Assembly (NCBI GenBank): GCA_051252135.1
Contig: JBPOGH010000005.1
Location: 128,001 to 192,000 of the forward strand
From: Verrucomicrobiaceae bacterium
GTDB taxonomy: Bacteria; Verrucomicrobiota; Verrucomicrobiia; Verrucomicrobiales; Akkermansiaceae
DNA length: 64,000 nucleotides
Reading direction: 5' to 3'
Part shown: positions 30,452 through 39,013 of the stretch, piece after piece
How the letters are laid out: the number at the start of each line of letters is the position of its first letter
Numbering within the stretch: position 1 is the first letter of the stretch
Made by a program: the position numbers and the translations under genes
Notes under the pieces: model-generated
What the model was told of the DNA's origin: nothing
What the model saw: only the letters and a program-made list of their open reading frames with translations
Databases searched by the model: none

Positions 30452-30930
30452 TTGATCGTATCCAGATAAAGCGCCAATCGCGCCAGCTTCGTCAGCGCCC
30501 GCACCGAGAGTGTCGCCCCCGCCACATTCTTAACCCCCTTGCTCAACTGCCCGTTCCCGGCCAGCGATGCCCCGCTAAACTGCCGCGTAAACGCCGGACG
30601 AGCCACTTCCGATCCGTGCGATTCCCGATAAATGAGAACCTTCACCGAGGCAATCTTTCCACCCGACACCACAAACCCCGTCGTGATATACTCGGTCTTC
30701 CCGATCTCCTCCAAAATGAACGCCGTCTTCCCCCCCTTCTCCCAATATCGAATCGATGACGTCTTGTAGCGCTTCCCCAATATCGCCTGCACCTGCTTCA
30801 GCTGCACCCCGTTGGGAGTCACCGCCTTTGTCGCCGGAATACTCCCCAAACTCGTCCGCACAAAATCCGACGGCTTCAGATAAACCCGCTCAGCAGAAAA
30901 GGCGTTCCCCCCACTCAGGAGGAACGCCAT
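30448..30930 (-). CDS. Extracytosolic FMN-binding protein
   Basis: IGKTEYIT, VLIYRESHGSEV..PAFTRQF, NVAGATLSVRAL flavinylation-type motif. Start approximate. Confidence 0.82.
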   Translation of the reverse strand: MAFLLSGGNAFSAERVYLKPSDFVRTSLGSIPATKAVTPNGVQLKQVQAILGKRYKTSSIRYWEKGGKTAFILEEIGKTEYITTGFVVSGGKIASVKVLIYRESHGSEVARPAFTRQFSGASLAGNGQLSKGVKNVAGATLSVRALTKLARLALYLDTIK

Positions 30931-30952
30931 CACGAAAAAGAGCGACCGCAGC

Positions 30953-32197
30953 CTAGAAGCTGTAGCCGACACCGAGATTAACTGTGTTTGTATCATTCTG
31001 AACACCGCCCTTTTCTTCCTTCAGAAGGTTGTAATCCACCTTGAACACCACATTGTCAACAGGCCAGTAGTTCACCCCAACGGTATACTCGTCAGCTTCA
31101 ATCCGGCCTGTTTTGGCATACTCGTAGTGGCTGTAGCGCCCAAAGACCCCCACACTGCTTCCATTGTTGAAATTCCAGCGATAAGAGGGCTCAACGAAGT
31201 AGCCCCACTGGCTATCCGCATCCGCCGCCGCAAATGACGCCCCGTCAATATCCCAATGGGAAGCCAGCGCACGGATTCCAAATCCTCCGTTATGATACTG
31301 CGCAGCCGCTCCCAAAAGGAGCGCCGAGTTGTCTTCCGCGGTCGAACCCGCAATATCACTCTGGAAGTTGGCGAAACCGCTCAGGCTCAATCCATTTCCA
31401 TTGTCGTAGCGAACCCGCCCCGTCGCCGCCCAGTTGGTCGCAATTGCCTGCGCCACTTTCTCACGACCGGAACGAATGTTCATGTCCCCACCCACATCGA
31501 GCCCGGAGTGCACCGCAAAGTCGACCCCCACTCCGCTGTCGAAGTTCTTGGTCAGACCCGCTCCACCTTCCCACCAGGTCGTCGGAATGATGTTCTTCTC
31601 CACATTGTTCCGCTCCACTCCGTAAAAGGTGTTCGGCTCATGCACCTCGTTCAACAGCCCAACCGGCACCAGAAAGAGACCCGCCTTGGAACTCAGACCA
31701 TTGTCATGGTCCATTTCAATGTAAGCCTGCTCCAGCTCCACTTCACCCGGCTTGCCATTGCCACTCAGCGAGTGCTCCAGCTCAAACTCCGAGAACAATT
31801 TCACGCGATCATTGAAACGATGATTCACGAAAAGCACCCAGCGGTGAAAATCAATCTCATCCTTGTCACCCATGTTCAGGTGCATTTCCCCATACCCGCC
31901 AATGCTGGTTTTCTCCCACCAGCCTCCGCCACCGGTTCCTCCTCCCATGAAGGCCGAATCAATGCTCTCCCCGCCTTGCGATGGCGCGGCCACCACCGAC
32001 GATCTCGTCGGCACCCGGTCAGGTGCGGAAATCACATCGCGCTTCGGATCCTCTAACGGACCATAGCGATTCTCGTATTTCTGCACCTTCTTCTCCAGCG
32101 AATCGAGCCGCGCTGCAAGTTCTTCAAGGGTGACACCGGACGCCGACGTGGCAGCCATTCCGATGACAAGAGCGGACAATGTATGATGTAGTCTCAT
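30953..32197 (-). CDS. Outer-membrane beta-barrel porin with N-terminal coiled coil
   Basis: Signal peptide; IGGYGEMH, DFHRWVLF, ELEQAY, NEVHEP..FYGVERN, IIPTTWWEGG; terminal GVGYSF. Confidence 0.82.
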   Translation of the reverse strand: MRLHHTLSALVIGMAATSASGVTLEELAARLDSLEKKVQKYENRYGPLEDPKRDVISAPDRVPTRSSVVAAPSQGGESIDSAFMGGGTGGGGWWEKTSIGGYGEMHLNMGDKDEIDFHRWVLFVNHRFNDRVKLFSEFELEHSLSGNGKPGEVELEQAYIEMDHDNGLSSKAGLFLVPVGLLNEVHEPNTFYGVERNNVEKNIIPTTWWEGGAGLTKNFDSGVGVDFAVHSGLDVGGDMNIRSGREKVAQAIATNWAATGRVRYDNGNGLSLSGFANFQSDIAGSTAEDNSALLLGAAAQYHNGGFGIRALASHWDIDGASFAAADADSQWGYFVEPSYRWNFNNGSSVGVFGRYSHYEYAKTGRIEADEYTVGVNYWPVDNVVFKVDYNLLKEEKGGVQNDTNTVNLGVGYSF

Positions 32198-32206
32198 GTC
32201 GCGCTC

Positions 32207-32235
32207 TTGCTATTGCGACTGAGTCTCAATAGCAA
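32207..32235. promoter_or_regulatory. 29-bp inverted-repeat operator, Fur-box-like, about 10 bp upstream of the porin start
   Basis: TTGCTATTGCGACT-G-AGTCTCAATAGCAA; 14-bp arms with one mismatch. Confidence 0.7.
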
Positions 32236-32290
32236 CCAATTTCTGCATTTTTCTCTTGTCTCCCTCACACATTCAAATGTAGGTGTGTAT

Positions 32291-32653
32291 ATGCCCACTC
32301 CCAATAACGATCCCAATCCTCAAAAGGACTCGCTTCCTCCCAGGGTGGAAGAGGATTTCGTTTCGTATGGGTCCACCTCTCCCCCACCCGCCGATGAATC
32401 GCATGATCTGATCCGCACTCAAATCCACCTATCTGAAGCCCAGCGCTCCTACCTCACCAATCAAGCAAAGCTCTCCGGTCTCTCCATGGCCGCCCAAATC
32501 CGCCATCTCATCGACGAACAAATGAACCCAACCCAAACAAACTGGGGCAATAACCCCCTCCTCGAGGAAACAGTCGTGGATCCGGAGTTCTCCGGCGCTC
32601 CGGACGCGTCCACAACTTCCGATTCTCTCATCTACGGCAGCTACGAAGGATGA
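32291..32653 (+). CDS. Putative antitoxin (RHH/CopG-like)
   Basis: IRTQIHLSE...LSMAAQIRHLIDE ribbon-helix-helix pattern; C-terminal DSLIYG; ATGA overlap with a PIN gene. Confidence 0.72.
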   Translation: MPTPNNDPNPQKDSLPPRVEEDFVSYGSTSPPPADESHDLIRTQIHLSEAQRSYLTNQAKLSGLSMAAQIRHLIDEQMNPTQTNWGNNPLLEETVVDPEFSGAPDASTTSDSLIYGSYEG

Positions 32654-33048
32654 TCTTCGTCGACACCTCCTTCTGGATCGCCTTCCGCAATGAACGCGAT
32701 CTCCACCACTCTCGCGCCTTGCAGTTGATGCAGGAGTTCTTCCGGCGGCGGGAAACGCTCGTCATCACGGACCACATCTTCGCCGAGACCCACGCCTATT
32801 TCGTCCGCTCCGTCCCCAAACGCGAGCAGATCATGCGGGACCTCCTCGATAACCCCATCGTGCGCCACCTCTCCCCCACTCCGGAGGAACGCCAACTCAC
32901 CCTCGCCTACCTCCGCGACTTCAAGGACAAGCACTGGTCCTATGTCGACACTCTCTCCTTCGCCATCATCGAGAAGCGTAAGATCAAGGCCGCCGCTTCC
33001 TTTGACGACCACTTCGCCCAACCCGGCACCTTCCAGCTCATCCGCTGA
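32650..33048 (+). CDS. vapC: PIN-domain toxin (VapC family)
   Basis: IFVDTSFWIA, E in IFAET, SYVDTLSFA, SFDDHF acidic residues. Confidence 0.88.
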   Translation: MIFVDTSFWIAFRNERDLHHSRALQLMQEFFRRRETLVITDHIFAETHAYFVRSVPKREQIMRDLLDNPIVRHLSPTPEERQLTLAYLRDFKDKHWSYVDTLSFAIIEKRKIKAAASFDDHFAQPGTFQLIR

Positions 33049-33113
33049 CCCCATTCGATCTTCATCGATTTGAGCCTTCCGCTCGCGCCTTGTATTTCCC
33101 AACATCGCGCCCG

Positions 33114-33713
33114 ATGCCTTTCGATCTCCAGGACCTCTTCATCAAAGGCGGCGGCTTCATGTGGCCCCTCCTCATCCTGTCCCTCATCTCGGTCGCGGTC
33201 ATCCTCGAGCGCCTCATCTTCTACTCCCTCCACCGCTACCGCGTCGGCTCTTCCATCACTCAACTCCGCGAACAAACGGCCCCCTCCAGGACGTCCAACC
33301 CGCTCCTCAATGTCGCCGCCGCCTTCACCGCCGACATCCCCCAGGGCGAGGAACATTGCCTCAATGTCAGCGAGCGCGAAGCCTCCCGCCTCATCGCTTC
33401 CCACGAGCGCGGCCTCCGCATCCTCGCCCTCATCGCCGCCATCTCCCCTCTCATCGGCCTCCTCGGCACCGTCTGGGGTATGGTCATCGCCTTCTCAAAA
33501 ATCGCCACCCTTGGCGAAACCGTCTCCCCCGCCGACTTCGCCGATGGCATCTGGACCGGACTCCTCACCACCGTCGCCGGACTCCTCGTCGCCATCCCCG
33601 CCATGGCCATGGCCAAGATTTTCGAAGCCCGTGTCGACCGACTCGTCCACGACCTCAACGAAATCACCTCCCACCTTCGCGAGTGGTACTTCACCCGCTC
33701 TAACGAGAGCTAA
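33114..33713 (+). CDS. exbB: MotA/TolQ/ExbB proton channel
   Basis: GGGFMWPL, SPLIGLLGTVWGM, LLTTVAGLLVAIPA. Confidence 0.88.
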   Translation: MPFDLQDLFIKGGGFMWPLLILSLISVAVILERLIFYSLHRYRVGSSITQLREQTAPSRTSNPLLNVAAAFTADIPQGEEHCLNVSEREASRLIASHERGLRILALIAAISPLIGLLGTVWGMVIAFSKIATLGETVSPADFADGIWTGLLTTVAGLLVAIPAMAMAKIFEARVDRLVHDLNEITSHLREWYFTRSNES

Positions 33714-33715
33714 AA

Positions 33716-34129
33716 ATGGCCATCACCCGCACACGCCGCATTGACGCCGGGATCGACATGACCCCGCTCATCGACGTCGTGTTCCAGCTCCTCATTTTCC
33801 TCATGGTGAGCAGCCAATTCATCAAGCCCGACCAACGCGTCGAGCTCCCCGTCGGCCCCATCGACAGCTCACCCGTCGACCAGGATTTCGAAACGCTCAC
33901 CCTCACCATCTCTCCCGACAACTCAATCTCACTCGAAGGCGAAACCGTCCCGCTCGATAACCTCGCCAACAAACTGCGCGACGTCATCGCACACACCGGC
34001 GTCACCTCCCTCGAAATCCGCGGCGACCAGGCCTCAAATCTCGGCACCTTCATCACCGTCATGGAAACCGCCCGGGAATGCGGTATCATCGATCTCGCCT
34101 ACCATAAGAAAGATGTCCCCGCGGAGTAG
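33716..34129 (+). CDS. exbD: ExbD/TolR biopolymer transport protein
   Basis: MTPLIDVVFQLLIFLMV, IRGD. Confidence 0.9.
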   Translation: MAITRTRRIDAGIDMTPLIDVVFQLLIFLMVSSQFIKPDQRVELPVGPIDSSPVDQDFETLTLTISPDNSISLEGETVPLDNLANKLRDVIAHTGVTSLEIRGDQASNLGTFITVMETARECGIIDLAYHKKDVPAE

Positions 34130-34886
34130 TCATATCCTCATCTGGACCTGCGTCGCCCTCCTCACCCTGGGCCTCCACGCCGCTGCCCTCCTCTGGATCG
34201 CCCTCCCCAAACACCCCGAGCCCAAACAACCCGCTCCCCCCACCCGCCTCGACCTCTCCATCCTCCAACCCGCTCCCCCCACCCCGGATCCCGTCGCAGA
34301 ACCCACCCCGGAACCCGAACCAGTCCAGGAACCCACGCCCGAGCCGGAACCCACCCCCCCACCTCCGCCAAAGATCGAGCCGCCCGTCAAACCGGAACCT
34401 CCCAAGCCCGATCCCGCCATCCTCAAACGCCAGCAAGAAAAAGCCGCCGCCGAACAACGCGAGCGCGACCTCAAAGCCGCCCGCGACCGCGCCCTTGCCA
34501 AAAAACGCATGGACGAAAAACGCGCCCGCGAAAAAGCCGCCCGCGCCGCCCAAGCCAAGCGCGATGCCGTCGCCGCTGCCGCCCGTAAGCGCGCCGCCGA
34601 AGCCAGGCGCATCGCCACCAAGCCCTCCACCATCAGCCGCCGCAAACCCTCCTACCCCCGCTCCGCCATCCGCGCCGGCCACCAGGGCACCACCGTCCTC
34701 TCCATCACCGTCGGCACCAACGGCCGCGTCACCTCCGTCCGCATCTCCAAATCCTCCGGCCACACCACCCTCGATAACGCCGCCGTCTCCGCCGCCCGCT
34801 CCTGGCGCTTCCACCCCGCCAAAAACGGCCTCGGCCAACCCGTCCCCTACACCCTCTCCGCCCCCATCCCCTTCAAGCTGCAATGA
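34113..34886 (+). CDS. tonB: Energy transducer TonB
   Basis: TM with LH, Pro/Glu-rich linker, TolA-like A/K/R helix, YPRSA...QGT, SSGHTTLDNAA, WRFHPA. Confidence 0.85.
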   Translation: MSPRSSHILIWTCVALLTLGLHAAALLWIALPKHPEPKQPAPPTRLDLSILQPAPPTPDPVAEPTPEPEPVQEPTPEPEPTPPPPPKIEPPVKPEPPKPDPAILKRQQEKAAAEQRERDLKAARDRALAKKRMDEKRAREKAARAAQAKRDAVAAAARKRAAEARRIATKPSTISRRKPSYPRSAIRAGHQGTTVLSITVGTNGRVTSVRISKSSGHTTLDNAAVSAARSWRFHPAKNGLGQPVPYTLSAPIPFKLQ

Positions 34887-35173
34887 GCCCCTCGAGCCTC
34901 TCCGAACAAAAACTGCTCCGGCTCAAAGCCATCCGAAACCTCAGCGCCGTCGCCTTCGTCCTCAGCCTCACCCTCTCCTGGATCACGGTCTGGTTCGCAA
35001 AAAAAACCACCGCAAAGCTCGAAGCCAATCCAACGATAGCCAAAGAAGAAGTCCTAAATCAAACTTCCTACCTTCTCCCCATCCTCGTCGCCCTCGGCCT
35101 CATCGTCCTCATCTCCGGCATCACCACCCTGGTCGCCATCATCCGCGTCATCATCAAATCAAAAGGCCGCTAA
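34883..35173 (+). CDS. Small two-TM hypothetical protein
   Basis: ATGA-coupled to tonB; two hydrophobic segments. Confidence 0.55.
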   Translation: MSPSSLSEQKLLRLKAIRNLSAVAFVLSLTLSWITVWFAKKTTAKLEANPTIAKEEVLNQTSYLLPILVALGLIVLISGITTLVAIIRVIIKSKGR

Positions 35174-35215
35174 TTCCTTGCCCCATTTTCCCAACCTCCT
35201 AATTTGTCCAACAAC

Positions 35216-36226
35216 ATGAGTTCTCTCAAAGTACACAACGCCATGTGGCCCGGCCTCGTCGGAAAAGAAGAAGGCACCGACCACCCGCCCATCTCCCTCG
35301 AGCGCATGCTCGAACTCACCGACAACTCCGAAGCCCAAGGGCAGAAATACGACGGCGTCGATTACTTCCTCTTCCACCCTCACACCGATCCCGACGCCTC
35401 CGCGGACGAACTGAAAAAAATCGCCGACCTCATCGCGTCCAAAAATCTCAAAGTCGGCACCCTCGTCGCCCCCGTCTGGGCCGGCACCGTCGGAGGCCCC
35501 GCCTTCGGCTCAAAGGACGACCGGGATAACTTCGTCCTCGCCGTCGAAAAAGCCTGCCGCGTTGCAGACATCTTCAAAGCCCACGGCGTTCGCCAATACG
35601 GCGCCATCCGCATCGACACCGCCGGATCCGTCGAGGACTGGGCCAAGGACCCCGCCGCCAACACCGCCCTCGCCGCCGACACCATCAAGCGCGCCGCCGC
35701 CGTCGCAGCCGACCACGGCGAACGCCTCGCCATGGAAGGTGAAATCTGCTGGGGCGGCATCCACTCCTGGAAGGACACCCTCGACCTCTTGGAAGCCATC
35801 GGCCTCCCCGACACCGTCGGCTTCCAGTCCGACCTCGCCCACACCTACCTCTACCTCCTCGGCCACAACGCCCCCGAGCACGCCCTCGTTTCAAAAGACC
35901 ACACCGACGAAGAATTCTGGGCCGCCTACCGCCCCATGGTCGACAAACTCCGCCCCTGGACCATCGACTTCCACGTCGCCCAAAACGACGGCTCCGTCCA
36001 CGGCACCGGCGCGCACGACAAAACCGGCCGCCACTGCCCCGCCGACGACCCCAACGGTAAACTCGACATCGTCGCCTGCTCCGCCGAATGGCTCAAAGAC
36101 CACGCCGACCGCAAAATCGAGCACATCTGCTGGGACGGCTGCATGTTCTCCAACGAACTCCTCGAAGAGCAACAAACCTGGAACACCATCCTCGACACCA
36201 TGCTCAAAGTCCGCGACGCCCAATAG
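35216..36226 (+). CDS. Sugar phosphate isomerase/epimerase (xylose isomerase-like TIM barrel)
   Basis: [41 protein letters not shown]. Confidence 0.8.
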   Translation: MSSLKVHNAMWPGLVGKEEGTDHPPISLERMLELTDNSEAQGQKYDGVDYFLFHPHTDPDASADELKKIADLIASKNLKVGTLVAPVWAGTVGGPAFGSKDDRDNFVLAVEKACRVADIFKAHGVRQYGAIRIDTAGSVEDWAKDPAANTALAADTIKRAAAVAADHGERLAMEGEICWGGIHSWKDTLDLLEAIGLPDTVGFQSDLAHTYLYLLGHNAPEHALVSKDHTDEEFWAAYRPMVDKLRPWTIDFHVAQNDGSVHGTGAHDKTGRHCPADDPNGKLDIVACSAEWLKDHADRKIEHICWDGCMFSNELLEEQQTWNTILDTMLKVRDAQ

Positions 36227-36256
36227 CCAATAAGGAGAGCGGGCGTCCCGCCCGCT
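36227..36256 (+). repeat. REP element, left copy
   Basis: CCAATAAGGAG-AGCGGGCG-TCC-CGCCCGCT; identical to 36919..36948. Confidence 0.85.
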
Positions 36257-36304
36257 TCACCAAAACCCAAGTCCTCAACCGAGCCCCCTCAGCCTCCCAA
36301 AACC

Positions 36305-36901
36305 ATGCCCGACTTCTTCGACAAATCTCAAGAAGTCGCCAAAACCCACCACAACCTCACCCACTGGCAACAAGACCAAACTTGGATCTTCCTCACCTGG
36401 AGACTCGCCGACTCCATCCCCCTCCCCGTCCTCAATAAATGGAAAGGCCAACGCGGCGACTTCCTCGCCTGCCATCCCAAACCATGGGATCAAAAAACTG
36501 AAGCCGACTTCCATCGCCGCTTCACCATGACTCTCGAGCAACACCTCGATGACGCCCACGGCTCCTGCTGCCTCGCCGACCACCATAAAACCGTCGCCGA
36601 CGCCTTCCATCATTTCGATGGCACCCGCTACCATCTCGACTCCTTCGTCGTCATGCCCAACCACGTGCATCTGCTTCTCCAGCCCATCGAAGAACAATCT
36701 CTCGACCAAATTGTCCACTCCCTCAAAAGCTTCACATCCAAAGAGATCAACAAGACTCTCAAGCAATCGGGAACTCTTTGGCAAGCCGACTACTGGGACC
36801 GACTCATCCGAACTCAGAAGCATTTCGATTGGACAAAAAAATACATCGAGAAAAATCCCGCTGAACTCAAACTCGGCACGTTTCACCTCTACTCGAAGTG
36901 A
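36305..36901 (+). mobile_element. REP-associated tyrosine transposase (RAYT, Y1 HUH family)
   Basis: FLTWRLADS, VVMPNHVHLL (HUH), WQADYWDRLIR, YIEKNP catalytic Tyr; flanked by identical REP palindromes. Confidence 0.88.
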
Positions 36902-36918
36902 GGATCAAAAGGGAGCCT

Positions 36919-36948
36919 CCAATAAGGAGAGCGGGCGTCCCGCCCGCT
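36919..36948 (+). repeat. REP element, right copy (same orientation)
   Basis: 30-bp exact direct repeat of 36227..36256. Confidence 0.85.
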
Positions 36949-36949
36949 A

Positions 36950-37003
36950 CCCCCCCAACCAAGCCCCCCAACCAAGCCCCCCAACCAAGCCCCCCCAACC
37001 AAG
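36950..37003 (+). repeat. Tandem repeat (C6-7 AACCAAG) x4
   Basis: Four consecutive 13-14 bp units directly after the right REP. Confidence 0.85.
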
Positions 37004-37183
37004 ATTCGTAAAATCCGCAAGATTCGCAGTCAAAAATCCTCAACCAAGTTTCGTCTATTTCGTATCTTTCGTGGTTACCCAAAACCCAAGCCTTCCATCA
37101 TGGTCCTTGAGCATCGCATCCTGAATGTTCAAAAACCAAATTCCTCTTGCCCCCTCCCCTCCCTTTTCTAACCTGTCACACAG

Positions 37184-38335
37184 ATGAGCAAAAAACCTGT
37201 CCGCATCGGCGTCGTTGGCTACGGCTTCATGGGCCGCACCCATTCCAACGCCTACTCCCAGCTTGAGCACTTTTTCGACACCAACCACGTCCCCGTCAAA
37301 CAGGTCATCTGCGGCCGTTCCGAGGACAAGGTCAAAGCCTTCGCCGAACAGTGGGGCTACGCCGACACCGAAACCGACTGGCGCGAACTCGTCAAACGCG
37401 ACGACGTCGACGCCATCGACATCTGCACCCCCAACGATTCCCACTACGACATCGCCCTCGCCGCCATCGAAAACGGCAAGATGATCCTCTGCGAAAAACC
37501 CCTCGCCCTCAACGGCGAACAGGGCCTCAAGATGGTCGAGGCCATCGAAGCCGCCGGCCTCCCCAACCTCGTTTGGTACAACTACCGCTTCCTCCCCGCC
37601 GTCACTCTCGCCAAGCAAATCGTTGCCCGTGGCGATCTCGGCCGCGTCTACCACTACCGCGCCAACTTCCTTCAGGACTGGACCATGTCCGAGGAACTCC
37701 CCCAAGGCGGTGCCGCACTCTGGCGACTCGATGCCGCCACCGCCGGTTCCGGCGTCACCGGCGACCTCCTCGCGCACAACATCGACTGCGCCCGCTGGAT
37801 CAACGGCGACATCGTCTCCGTCTCCGCCATGACCGAGACCTTTATCAAAGAGCGCGTCCACCAGGAAACCGGAGAAGTCCACCCCGTCACCATCGATGAC
37901 GCCTGCGCCTTCCTCGCCCGTTTTGAAAATGGCTCCACCGCCATCTTCGAATCCACCCGCTACGCCCGCGGCCACAAATCACTCAAAACCTTCGAGATCA
38001 ACGGACACAACAAATCCCTCTCCTGGGACCTCCACGATCTCAACCGTCTCGCCTACTTCGACCACGACGTCCCCGGCGAAACACGCGGCTGGTCCAGCGT
38101 CCACGTCTCCGATGGCGACCACCCCTACACCGGCAACTGGTGGGTCCCCGGCCTCTGCCTCGGCTACGAGCACTCCTTCGTCCACGGCGCCGTCGAGTTC
38201 ATGAAAAGCCTCGATGACCCCAGCGCTGAAAAAGCCTACCCTGACTTCCGCAACGCCCTTGGAACCCAGTATGTCTGCGACGCGGTCTTAGAATCCGCTC
38301 GCACTGGCCAGTGGGTTGAGGTAAAGAAGGCATAA
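37184..38335 (+). CDS. Gfo/Idh/MocA family oxidoreductase
   Basis: [31 protein letters not shown]. Confidence 0.92.
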   Translation: MSKKPVRIGVVGYGFMGRTHSNAYSQLEHFFDTNHVPVKQVICGRSEDKVKAFAEQWGYADTETDWRELVKRDDVDAIDICTPNDSHYDIALAAIENGKMILCEKPLALNGEQGLKMVEAIEAAGLPNLVWYNYRFLPAVTLAKQIVARGDLGRVYHYRANFLQDWTMSEELPQGGAALWRLDAATAGSGVTGDLLAHNIDCARWINGDIVSVSAMTETFIKERVHQETGEVHPVTIDDACAFLARFENGSTAIFESTRYARGHKSLKTFEINGHNKSLSWDLHDLNRLAYFDHDVPGETRGWSSVHVSDGDHPYTGNWWVPGLCLGYEHSFVHGAVEFMKSLDDPSAEKAYPDFRNALGTQYVCDAVLESARTGQWVEVKKA

Positions 38336-38363
38336 GAATCTCAGCACGCTGAGCACACACACG

Positions 38364-38398
38364 AAAAAAGCACTACCTCGCAAGAGGTAGTGCTTTTT
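38364..38398. terminator. Bidirectional intrinsic terminator
   Basis: AAAAAAGCACTACCTC-GCAA-GAGGTAGTGCTTTTT between convergent genes. Confidence 0.85.
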
Positions 38399-38417
38399 GA
38401 GTTTGATGATTCGCAGC

Positions 38418-38762
38418 TTACGCAGAAAGCGATCTCTCGGCAGCTGCCCAATCACCTTGGGAATCTCCATAAAATCCGGCTTTGATCCGGCTTTCATAAA
38501 GTTCGTAGGCTTTCTTCGCGATCTCCTCGTGGGAAACTTTCGCGCTGACCGGGGCTTTTGCCACGACAGATTTGGCCGCCTTTTTCGCAGCTTTCTTTGT
38601 CGTCTTCTTCACCGCCTTCTTGGCGACTTTCTTTGCAGCTTTCTTGGCAACCTTCTTCGTCGCCTTCTTCGCTACCTTTTTCGTAGCTTTTTTGGCGACC
38701 TTCTTAACGGCAGCTTTTTTCACTGCTGCTTTCTTGGTAGCAGTTTTCTTTTTCGGAGGCAT
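38418..38762 (-). CDS. Histone-H1-like Lys/Ala-repeat protein with C-terminal DUF2934-like domain
   Basis: MPPKKK then repeated KKAA/KKVA/KKAT units, followed by EEIAKKAYELYESR...DWAAAE. Confidence 0.8.
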   Translation of the reverse strand: MPPKKKTATKKAAVKKAAVKKVAKKATKKVAKKATKKVAKKAAKKVAKKAVKKTTKKAAKKAAKSVVAKAPVSAKVSHEEIAKKAYELYESRIKAGFYGDSQGDWAAAERSLSA

Positions 38763-38775
38763 GGGAGTTTTGGTT

Positions 38776-38792
38776 TGCAGGTTAAGTGCCAA
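38776..38792 (-). promoter_or_regulatory. Sigma54-type (-24/-12) promoter of the histone-like gene
   Basis: TTGGCAC-TTAAC-CTGCA with exact GG-N10-GC spacing, 13 nt upstream of the ATG. Confidence 0.6.
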
Positions 38793-39013
38793 CATTTCGC
38801 CGGCACCGCGCGGCGCGGCATGCTCCCAGTTCATGGAATCGTCGAGACTAATCTCGACAAAATTACTCACACCTTTCTCGCCCCTCATTCCAATCACCAA
38901 CACCACCACCGCACCAATTCGCCAGCCCGTTCCAAATCAAAAACGCCCAAAACCACCGATTTTCCTCATTTCGCCATTGAAAAACCCGCTCATCCCACAA
39001 ACCTTCGCCCCGC

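Noticed and set aside
36950..37003. Possible CRISPR array
   Set aside because: Units are 13-14 bp and contiguous, with no unique spacers and no cas genes.
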